From Rebecca billardiae RCC1528 (taxonomy: Eukaryota > Protista > Haptophyta), in assembly GCA_965240325.2 (NCBI GenBank), contig OZ251224.1, positions 310,001-374,000 on the forward strand: DNA of 64,000 nucleotides, read 5' to 3'. Both the position numbers and the translations under genes were made by a program. This document shows, piece by piece, positions 32,929 through 42,603 of this stretch. Positions within the stretch are counted from its first letter, which is position 1. Each line of letters opens with the position of its first letter. The notes under the pieces were generated by a model. That model made no database searches. It worked only from the letters and a program-made list of their open reading frames with translations, and was not told the origin of the DNA.

Positions 32929-33035
32929 AAACAGCAACTCCTCGACAGCAGAGCGCGTGGACCGCCGCGACGTCGAGGTCGCCCGCCCGCCCCCGCCCCT
33001 CCCGTCAACGGCCGCGGTCCCGCGTGCTCCCACTG

Positions 33036-33086
33036 TGGTCCGGGCGCTGATACGGTCGTGTCACGACCGTATCAGCTCCCGGACCA
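33036..33086. repeat. Near-perfect palindrome (25-bp arms, 1 mismatch, 1-nt centre)
   Basis: TGGTCCGGGCGCTGATACGGTCGTG-T-CACGACCGTATCAGCTCCCGGACCA. Confidence 0.9.
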
Positions 33087-33146
33087 TGTCCGAACTAATC
33101 GCCTTTCTGGAACGGGTGGAATCTGATGAGATGCCATATATATATA

Positions 33147-33365
33147 TCACCCTCATCCAAGTGCTCCGGAAGGCGCTCGGCAGCGGCGGCATCTGCCGTC
33201 GCCGCCGCGTGCCCCAGGCCGAGGCGGTGCTCCATCCCGGCCCCGCTCCCGTAGGGGGGCAGGGCTGCGGGTGGCGCACTGTCTGACCTGGACGGAAGGC
33301 GCGGACGCATTCTATGTGTCTGTTGCACTCTGAGCCTGACGCTTGTCCGATGCTGCCACGTCGTT

Positions 33366-33367
<2 letters not shown>
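33147..33367 (+). mobile_element. 5'-truncated non-LTR retroelement 3' end, inserted in (TA)n
   Basis: Near-identical to 46562-46782 (3 substitutions seen); ends CCACGTCGTTAA. Confidence 0.75.
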
Positions 33368-33431
<64 letters not shown>

Positions 33432-33440
33432 TATACATAT

Positions 33441-33529
<89 letters not shown>

Positions 33530-33542
33530 TATATATATATAT
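33368..33542. repeat. Compound (CA)n/(TA)n microsatellite
   Basis: Directly visible. Confidence 0.97.
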
Positions 33543-33729
33543 GGGGGGGGGGTATTGGCACAATAACTGATTGTCTAAGAGGACGGTGGGAGCGCAATGC
33601 GCCGTATCAACACCTGCCTGCCATTCGGCCCGAGCCAGGCGGCCGAGCTCAAGTCCGGCTGCCATCTTGGCCACCCTCTTCTCGTGCCACGAAGGACTTT
33701 CGAGCCTGCTCTGTGCGCTCGCACAACGA

Positions 33730-34110
33730 CCCCGAACAACCTACTCGCTGTGATGCTCCTGGGCCTTAGGCAAATAGGCAAGGTTGGCGGCGGCACAGGA
33801 CGGCCAATTGGTGAACTGGGTTTTTTCATCAGGCGCCGAGCGAACCGACGCAGTCCAGTGCCTCTCGCTCACTCGCAGCGAACGCCCTTCGGAAGTGCCC
33901 ACTGGCATGATGGCTGCAGCTGTTTCCGGCCCGCATCTTCTCGATGCCCTCTGCACGATGGTGCTTCGTGCCTTGCTCTCGTGCGGCTTCGCGGCTCTCG
34001 AGCTGCGCCTTCCAAGCTGAGGAACAAAATCCCATATGATACAGCAATGTATAAAGTCTGGTATCTCGCCGCGTGGCTCCGCCCTGCCCGGCGTGTGCCT
34101 CGCCTCCTCG
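33730..34110 (+). pseudogene. Possible degenerate non-LTR reverse-transcriptase fragment
   Basis: LLAVMLL...GKVGGGTGRPIGELGFFIRR resembles the K..GG.RPI..L....R RT motif; KIPYDT downstream; frames look broken. Confidence 0.35.
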
Positions 34111-34484
34111 CTGCCGATCTGGATGGCGCAGGCGCTTCGAGGACGGCTAGACATATATATATATCATGAGTGAGACGTTCGTCGATCAAACCATCATAAG
34201 TATCGCAGTGCCCCCCCTGTCGTGAACGCTGCGCGCCGGTGTGAGTGTGATAGCAGACGCAATAAAACAATAATAACACAACATTGGCTGGCAAAATAAA
34301 CTACAGTAGTAACATATTGCATGCCTTGGCGAGAGGTGCCAGTCCGGTAGCGCGCTCTCCCGCTCGCTCAGCCGGCAGGGAGCGCAGCGCAGTGCCCTGC
34401 CTACGGCTATCCACACTGTATAAATAGCCAGGCCTGCCTTCCCTGCAGCCTGCTCTCTGCTGCCGCCTGCCACCCGTCCCAGAA

Positions 34485-34543
34485 AGCCCGTGAGCCAGTC
34501 TTCGGCTCAGCGGGCTCATGACATTCCATGGAATGTCATGAGC
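34485..34543. terminator. Overlapping hairpin plus perfect 30-bp palindrome just 3' of the minus-strand orphan gene; terminator function hypothetical
   Basis: AGCCCG-TGAGCC...GGCTCA-G-CGGGCT and GCTCATGACATTCCA|TGGAATGTCATGAGC (34514-34543). Confidence 0.4.
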
Positions 34544-34590
34544 GCCCGGACTATTAAAACTGACCGCCACGCACTAGTTGCGGGTATTTT

Positions 34591-35508
34591 TCAATACCAC
34601 GGACTCGACTCGAGCCTTGACGTATGGGGCTGGGACGGGTGGCTCTCCGCATCTAATTCTGGCTCCCCAAAAAGCGCGTCGAGATCGAGGAGATCGTCGA
34701 CGCGCGCCACGTCGCCTATACCCACGTGTCCTACAGCCTCGTGCCGCCCCGCGTCGGTCTTCGCTGGCTGCAACGCGTCGGGGACCGCAGTGCTCTCGCA
34801 GGGCAGATTCGTGTAAGTTGTGGCGCGTGGTGCAGGGTGAACGACACTTGCCGCGGAAGCGTCGACCGTTGCTCGCGGTGCAGTGTGCTCAACGCTCACG
34901 TGCTCCGCGCGGGCTGACGACGACGGGAACGGGAGGGCGCGCGGCGCCGCTTCGGGCTCGTGCGCACAGGCAGGAAGGGCTGCGCTCTGCGGCGTGGTAC
35001 GCGCTGCGCGCGGCGACGAAGACCTGTCGATGAATTCAGCAATAATGTACGTGAGGACTGCAGCATGCCGCCGCAAGGTGCCTGGGTGGAGCACGTATTG
35101 AGGTGAGCGCGGTGTAGACATCAGCGCGCTCAGGACAAACATCACCGTCCGAATGGGCATCCACGCCACACCTACAGGAGGGCGTAGTTCTTGTGTGTGC
35201 TCGCGGAAGCTCACGTGCGTGTCGTACGAGAGGAAGTCGTGGCCGGATTCAACACGCCCGCGAACATTGTTGACGTAACTTGCCAGCAGGACGCCATTGG
35301 AGACGATATTCTTCTTGGCCAGCATGCCTGCCTCGTGGATCCACGCCGGCACCTCAAGCGCGAAATAGTCCTCAAGCAGGTCGGTAGGGAGAAAGTCCTT
35401 GCGGAGGCGGTGGATGGTGAAGCCGCTGACAAGGTCTTTAGGTTCATGCGTAGAACACGGCCGGCGCGCCGTTGCGACCCATGTCATGATTAGGGCGTTG
35501 GGTGCCAT
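34591..35508 (-). CDS. Hypothetical orphan protein
   Basis: Open frame with non-repetitive, globular-looking N-terminal two-thirds (KDFLPTDLLEDYFALEVPAWIHE...); start uncertain; no family recognised. Confidence 0.55.
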   Translation of the reverse strand: MAPNALIMTWVATARRPCSTHEPKDLVSGFTIHRLRKDFLPTDLLEDYFALEVPAWIHEAGMLAKKNIVSNGVLLASYVNNVRGRVESGHDFLSYDTHVSFREHTQELRPPVGVAWMPIRTVMFVLSALMSTPRSPQYVLHPGTLRRHAAVLTYIIAEFIDRSSSPRAARTTPQSAALPACAHEPEAAPRALPFPSSSARAEHVSVEHTAPRATVDASAASVVHPAPRATTYTNLPCESTAVPDALQPAKTDAGRHEAVGHVGIGDVARVDDLLDLDALFGEPELDAESHPSQPHTSRLESSPWY

Positions 35509-35901
35509 CAAGCCAGGCAAAGGGCGCCGCGCTGTGGTCGCGCGGGTCACGCCCAGATGCCGAGGGACAAGTACGTAGTACAGGAGGGCGCACACCGCAG
35601 CAACGACGGGGGCTGTGCTGGACAGGGCAACTCGGTTCGCGGCTGGGCAAGCCAACCGTCGTCGCGCAGGCACCGGACGTTTGCTCGGCAGTGGATGTTG
35701 GCCCGGCACGCGGCTTCATCAGCCTCAGGCTGCGCAGGCACCCCCCGGACCAGGAAGGCCGTGGCTTGCTGCGGATCCTAACGGTGCTTTTGTCCTCCGA
35801 ACGGCCGTGGAAACACCGCACCTGGTCTGGACCTTGGCGTGGTCTGTCCACCTTCGGAGACCGACGACACCGTCCCCGACTGCGCCGCTCCTCCCTCGAC
35901 G

Positions 35902-36832
35902 ATGTCCAACAGTGACGCCGAGACCGTGCGCGCTGCTACGCTCACCCTTGCGACACCAGCCGAGATGCATTTGACGCGAGCGCGCCCGCTCCTGCGACCC
36001 CACCCACCGCTCGTCCGCCGCGCAGGACCCTGAGCCGGGTCCCGTGACTCCCGTCGAAGAGATCTCCCGCCCGGAGCAGATTACTCGCGTAAACTGGGAC
36101 AACCTCGGCAAAGGCAGCCACGTCTACGCGCGGCGCGCCTACATCTGCGGCGATGACGCGTTCACGACGGCCAAGCAGATCGTGAGCCTCACGATTGATG
36201 CAAAACGCGTGGTTGACGACGACGAGTTGACCATCGAGGCCCTCCTCACGTCCAAGCCCAGCCAGATGTACATCTTCTCGAGCAAGGCGACAAAGATCAC
36301 CAAGGACAAGGGCAGCGGCGCCTACACGTATCCGCTCGGCATGCTGATGCGCGAGGACGCGACGAACGGCGGGCTGCTCGACATGCACGACGAGAAGCAG
36401 GACGTCCAGCTGTCGCGCGCGCTCAAGGGCAGCGGCGCCGGCGCTGGCGGCAGCGAGCACGCGCGGAACCCGCCGAATCACATTCCGAACGTGGCGACCG
36501 AAGACGTGGCCGCCGATGAGGACATGTCGCTCGTGACGATGTTGGCCGTGGGCAAGAAGCGCATGCCGACGCGCGATGAGAAAGACCGGCAGGCGATGGT
36601 CCGCACCCTCTTCAACCATCAAAAGAAGCAGTTATCCCATTCCCAGACCATCGCGATGAATCTGACCGAGAAGGATCTCAACCAGTCCAAGAAGGAGCGA
36701 GTCGAGGCTGAGACGAAGCTCGAGGAGGCGCGTACGGCGACCGAGAAGGCGCGTGCGGCGACCCTGCAGAAGGAGCTCGAGCTCGAGCTCCTCCGCGAGA
36801 AGAAGGCGCAGGCCGCGCAGGGCCTTCACTAA
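35902..36832 (+). CDS. Hypothetical protein with C-terminal coiled coil (intron 35926-36025)
   Basis: MSNSDAET|DPEPGPVTPVEE joined in frame by a GTGCGC...CGCAG intron; strong third-position GC bias; charged heptad-like tail. Confidence 0.72.
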
Positions 36833-36848
36833 GTCCGACCACTACGTA

Positions 36849-36918
36849 TGATAGCGGTGCGAGCCCTGGCAACACCGCACTCTGAGGACTGATAGCGGTG
36901 CGAGCCCCGCAACACCGC
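36849..36918. terminator. Tandem duplicated hairpin (GCGGTG...CACCGC x2) between convergent stop codons; function hypothetical
   Basis: TGATAGCGGTGCGAGCCC..GCAACACCGC at 36849-36878 and 36890-36918; plus-strand stop at 36832, minus-strand stop at 36919-36921. Confidence 0.4.
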
Positions 36919-37634
36919 TCAGCCTGTGCATCGGGTGCCCGTGGCCATCGCGGCGGGGCTGAGCGCCTTGGCGTCGGCGAGCATGCTCGCGAGCGTGCTC
37001 TGCTGCTCCAGGATGACGATGAGAGGGATGCCGACGCGGCGCTCGTTCGTGCCTGCGCGAGAACCGCCACCGCCGCCACGCGCCCTGAGATGTCGAGGTG
37101 AGAAGTGGCGTCGCGGGGCAGAAGCCTGGCGCAGTGCATTAGAATCATCGTCATCATTCAAAGTACAGATAATCGATTATAGCGTGCATGTATGTGGGGA
37201 TTATTGGTACAATAATTATTCAATTTTAACTTATTATTGTCTAATATTACAGGACGACAAGGACGCCGCGCGCCGCAGCGCCGAGCGCGGACTCAGTCAC
37301 TGAGCGCCGCTCATTCATCAGCTCCATCGCCCGCGCCGTCTACCGGACCATTACCTCCACGAGCTGCTGCCGGCCTGCCGGACAAACAGCCAGTCCGGGT
37401 GATCCGTCCCGGACAAGAAGATCGATTCGTTCCGGGGCGGTGATCACGGCATCTTTATTGCGAGTTTTCAGCCGCGGCGCGGGCAAACGAAACTGGCTTG
37501 ATGGCCATCATCGACCGCGTGCACCCCGCGTCGCCGGCGGCTGCGGTCTGTCTGTGCCGTGTGCGGTCTGCGGAGCCTCGCAGTAGCACGCGTCAGCGTG
37601 ACGCGGGTGGCGCATCACATGCACCGACCAATAA

Positions 37635-37636
<2 letters not shown>

Positions 37637-37694
<58 letters not shown>
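37637..37694. repeat. (TA)n microsatellite
   Basis: Directly visible. Confidence 0.97.
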
Positions 37695-37696
<2 letters not shown>

Positions 37697-39490
37697 GGCC
37701 CGCGGTGCAGGGCGGAGCGCGCAGCGTGGAGCCCGCTCCGTGGGCCCTAACCACGTTTCAAAAAGATCTTTGATCAAGAAAAAAGGGACGGGGGACGATT
37801 TCCAGGGCTGGAGGACACCGAGTTTCGAATTTTGAGACCGCACAGAGGTATCCATTCGGAGACAAAAGGTCGCGCCCACGACAAGTTCATAAGTAAAGTG
37901 GGAGTGACGCCCGTCCAAAAAACTTTACGCCCTTTAGGATCCCTCACGTAACGAACCGTTACAAGCGATTTTTTCCAACCAATGAGATTGCCGCAAGGTG
38001 AAGGTCAAGGAGGCGACGACGTATCAGCCGTTTGCCCGGCCGGTGGCCCGCGCACGAACCGTCACAATCCCGCGCACCTGCAAAAATGCGCTGAAAAATG
38101 AGCCGTCGACGCCGCGCCCCTGAAGCGTCACCAACTCGCGAAGCCGGCGAAGCTCAAAGCGGGGGGCTGCCCAGACCATCGGTGTGGACGACCGCGCGGA
38201 GCGCGCGCCGCGCGCGCGGAACGCGCGCGGCCGCGGGCGCCTCCCGCGCGGGCGGCGTACGCACGCCCGCGCGCCCGCCCGCGCGCGCGTCCGCGTTTGC
38301 GGGCGCGCGCGGATCAGCCATCAGGCTTCCGTGTCGGGGCGTTGCGTCCGACATGCGCCATATCGTGCCATGTCGTGGCGTGCGCATGTGCGTACTCTCG
38401 GTGGGGTGGTGCGCGGGCGGCGGCGCTCTCCTGATTTCTACCCCGCGCCCGTGTCGCTGTGCGTGCGCGCTGCGTCGCGCAGGCACGCAAGTGCGCGGGA
38501 GCCATCGGCGTGCTCGCGACGACGGCCGGCCGACGGCCGGCATCCGGCCGGATGGAGACAGAGCAGACAATTGACAGGCAGGTACTCGCGTGGAGGCGCT
38601 GGGCGCTGAGCCGGCGAAGCGCGACGCCGAGCTCGACGCGTGCGCGCAGAGGCGCTGGGCGCCGACCTGGCGAAGCGAGACGCCGAGCTCGACGCGCTGC
38701 GCGCGCGGTACGCCGGACGCGCTGGGCGGTCGCGCTGCCCTAGTGTCGACGCCCTGCAGCAGCTCGAGCAGGTGTGGACGGCCCTCGAGGCGACCGTGGG
38801 CGAGCGCGCGCGGCTCAGCCTGCCGCTGGCCGCCGCCGTCCTCGAGGCCGACGTGGCGGAGCAGGCGGCGGGCGAGCACGGCGGCGCGGTGTGGAGCAAG
38901 CGCACGCACGCACCGCCGCCTTGGTTGGGCGCCAGGGCGGCGGGCGCGACACGCCACTCACCTCGTTCCACCCCGAGCTCCACTCGGTCTGCGCGTGGCT
39001 GCGCAGCGCGGGCGGGCAGCAGTGGCGCGCGCTGTCGCTCTGCCGGCACGAGGCGCGCCGGCTGAGCGACCAGCGGCCCTTCGTCGAGCGCATGGCGCAG
39101 CGCGAGCACCTCAAGCAGGTGCGCCCGCACACGCGCGCACGCGCCGGCCCGCGCCGCGCGGCGCCTCTCGCCCTGCCGGGCCTGCGCGCGCCGCCCCGCT
39201 TCCACGTGCGGCCCGTCCGCGCCTCTCGCCCTGCGCGCGCGCCGCCCCGCTTCCCCGCGCGGCCCGAGTCCCGGCTGGTGTCCCATGCCACCCTTGGCCG
39301 TGCGCGCCCGCATACCGTCCGCGCCGAGTCCGAGACGGGTCTGTCCGTGACTCTCACTCTCATCGGAGTGGCTGAACTGTCTTTCTGACTGACTGACGGA
39401 CTCGTCAGTCTCACTTCTCAACCACTGATTAATGCGCCGTGGGCCCCCAACTGCGTTGGTTCTACGAAAAAGACCCGTTGCACGCGTGAG
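37695..39490 (+). mobile_element. Helitron2/Helentron-like element, subfamily 1, copy 2; hairpin end degenerate
   Basis: ATGGCCCGCGGTGCAGGG start; subterminal TGCGCCGTGGGCC followed by CCCAACTGCGTTGGTTCTACG; internal region closely matches 56465-57600. Confidence 0.72.
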
Positions 39491-40280
39491 CGCCGAAAAA
39501 ACGACACTTTGGCAGTGATAGTCATCACGGATCACCGTCGCCGCATCGTGGGCATGCCGCTGCCGCCGCCGGCGGCGGCAGCGGGAGCGTGGCAGCAGAT
39601 CTACCACCTTCCGCGTTACGCGCTGCGTCGTGCGCGCCAGGTGGCAGGTTTCCCAGGTCCGCCGTGCGGAAGGCAGCGTGAGCGGTCGGCGAGCGCACGG
39701 AGGTGAGAAGTAAGCGCGCATCGTGAGAGCTTCAGCAGCTTGCCCACGCGCTTCACGAAGGCGGTGTGGTTGCGTGCGCACGCCTTCTGTACCCGACACG
39801 CGATCAAAGCGTGAGCCACTCCCTAGGTCTTGCCTGCGCATCGCGGGCCGCGCCTCGTGGCTCGTCTCCTGAATCCTCGTTCATTCACGAGGACGGGGCG
39901 GAGGACAGCACGTGTATCCGTGTACGCGCTCGCGGCCGATGGCGGCTCCCCGCGTCGAGAGCCGTTTGGCTGGAGCCGCATCCAAGGGCATATATCGTCA
40001 CGGCCCCACCCGATGCTGACGCTGAGGTGGCGTGCTTGCCGAAGGTAGCCGCATTGGCTGATCTCTCAGTCTCTGCCTTTGGGCACTACAAGTAGGGGCG
40101 GACCTACGGCCCGCCATATCATCTGCTGCTGTCATCCGGGCCGCCGTGGAAGACGGTCATAGACGGTCATCAGTCCGGCGGGCCAGGCGACAATTGGATC
40201 ATGATCAATATCAGTGATGTCTTATGATGACGGCTGATGCCGCGCGGCGCGCGCGCGGCGTGGCGCGTAGCGCTAGTTAG

Positions 40281-42247
40281 TTAGTCGGCGGCCTTCTTCG
40301 CCTTTTTGGCCTTCTTCTTCTCGGCCGCCTCGTCGCCGTCGGCGTCGCGGTCCTTCTTCTTCTTCTTCTTGACCGCGCCATCCGCCTCCGCCGCCTCCGC
40401 CTCCTTCTTCGCCTTCTTGGCCGCCTTCTTGGCGGCCTTCTCCGCATCGGCGTCCGCTGCGGGCCCCGCGCCGAGCGTGCTGTCGCCCGCCGGGTTGAAG
40501 CCCGGCTTGGGCACAGCGGGCGCGGTGTACACGTCCACCGGCTTGGGCCTCGCGCCGCCCTGCTTGGGCGCGCCCGACACGTCGGCTCTGCCCTCGAGCT
40601 GGCGCATCCGCTCCTCCACCTTCTGCCGCGACTCGATGCCGATGCTCACCTGGTCGCTCTCACTCAGCGCGTCCACGCGGCATGAGAGCGCGCACTTGGC
40701 CGCGAGGATGCGCGAGATCTGCGCGCGCGCGCGGCGGGAGCGCGGGCGGCGGGCGGCAGGGTGGGCGGTGGGCGGCGCGCGGGGCCGCCGCCGCGCGCGC
40801 GGCGGCTCGGGGCGGCTCGGCCGCGCCAGCCGCCGCCGTCGGCGCAGTCCGCACCCGCCGAGCTGTGCGCGCGCCGCGGCGCGCTGCGCGGCGCACCTTG
40901 CCCTTGTGCTTGGGCTGCGCCTGGCCCACGAGCGAGGCGTGGTAGATGAGGCCGTACTTGGGCGTCTCGTGCTTCGTCTTGAGCGCGCGGAAGAGCGCCT
41001 TCTCCGCGCCCAGGATCTGCACCGTCGATGCCGGGTGCTTGGCGAGGTTGAGCAGGCTGCCCGCGTGCGCGATCAGCCGCGCGCCCACCAGCTCGCCCAC
41101 CATCACCGTCAGGTTGGGCGCGATCGCCTGCATGCGGTGCTTGAGGTAGTTGAAGAGCTGCGCGCGGTACTCGCCCAGCTCGACGACCTGCTCGCACAGC
41201 AGCAGGATGTTGCGCAGGTCCTCCGACGAGATCTCCGTGCCCATCGAGATCTCCGCCGCGTCCTTCACCTCGGACTCGAGCTCCTCGGCGAGCACGTCCG
41301 AGAAGTCGGTCGACTTGCACGAGGTGCGGAAGCCCATGCGCTGCACCGTCTTGGCGTACATCAGGTTGTCCGGCACGATCTTCATCATCTCGGGGAAGTG
41401 CCAGCCGTACCACTCCTTCAGCCGCATCGCGTACGTGTTCAGCTCCTTGTCCAGGTCGTCGAGCAGCCCTGCGCGCGCGCGCGCGCGCACGTCCGGTGCC
41501 GAGCGCGGGCGAGCACAGCTGAGCACTCGGCGCGGCGGCGGCGGCGGCGGCGGCGGCGCGCGCTCGGGCTCGCGCATGCGCGGGCGCGCGCGGGCGCACC
41601 GATCGCCTGCACGATCATCGTGTCCACCTTATCCGGGCTGAACTTGAGCTTGTACCGCGAGAGCCCGTGCGCGAGGCCGAGCTGCATCGACTTTGTGTGC
41701 TCGCCCGTCTCGAGGAAGCTCTCGGCGTGTAACCGGATGCCGCGCAGCAGCTCGGCCACGGACGCGTCGTACACGCAGTTGATCGAGAGCTTCTCCTTGA
41801 TCGATGCGCCGAGCTTCGCGTCCGCCACGCCCACAGTATCCTCGCACTTCTTCAAGAGCTTCTTCAGCGTCTTGCCCACCTTGCCCTCGCTCACCGCCGC
41901 CGCGGCCGCGACCGCCTCGGTCGAGTCCTCAAACTTGACAAACTTCTTGAGCGACACGCTGCGGGGCGAGGCGGCGCGCGCGGGCGGGCGCGCGGGCGCG
42001 CGCGCGGCGACGGCGCGCCGGTCAGCGCAGCGCTCGCTGGGCAGACGCCCGCGGCGGGACCTGCCCTCGTGCTCGCAGGATCCACCAGCGAGGCCGCTCG
42101 GCGCAGCGCGGCCCCACGCGCGCACATTTGTTGCGCCTGCTCCCCGCTGGCGAAGGACTTGTGCAGGTCGTCCACGTTGCGCACCTTGGACTCGTCGAGC
42201 ACCTCGAAGAGGGCGAGCCCCCCCGATGTCTCGAAGAGCACCAGCAT
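40281..42247 (-). CDS. NOP58: Nucleolar protein 58 (box C/D snoRNP), multi-exon
   Basis: [10 protein letters not shown]; [27 protein letters not shown]; [26 protein letters not shown]; [15 protein letters not shown]; Lys-rich tail. Confidence 0.95.
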
Positions 42248-42603
42248 GGCTGGCGCCTTGCGCGCGCACGCGAGGCGCGCTGTGGACTGGCTGCGTCCTC
42301 GACGACGAGATCTACGCCCGACAACAGGGCACGATCCACGATGGCGGTCTCAAACCCAGATTTCGTCGTTTCTTCACCACCCGTGCGTCCGGATTCCGAG
42401 ACGGGCTGCTTGTTCCGGCCGGCGAGCGGAGTCGCTCACCTGAGCCTCACGCTGACCAAGGAACCTCAACCTGCCCCTCCCTCGGCCACGGCCCCCTCCA
42501 ACAGATCATAGAACCAGCTGGCATTCTCCGCCCCCGGCGGCGGAGGGCACCACGAGCGGTGCGCCGAATGCGCGGTGCCTTTGCCAGTCTCGCACAGGCC
42601 GGA

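Noticed and set aside
29640-32930. Many 100-330-aa Arg/Ala-rich ORFs in the foldback region
   Set aside because: Stop-poor GC-rich TIR sequence with no recognisable transposase motif
33095-33674. CV/HT-repeat ORFs
   Set aside because: Translations of the CA/TA microsatellite
34217-34290. Solo-LTR end (AATAAA...ACAACA-TTGG)
   Set aside because: No partner LTR, TSD or retroelement ORF to support it
36849-36918. CRISPR-like repeat-spacer-repeat
   Set aside because: Only two units, an 11-nt gap, eukaryotic context and no cas genes
40690-42125. Intronic snoRNAs in NOP58
   Set aside because: Introns are short GC-repeat sequence; no C/D box pair was seen
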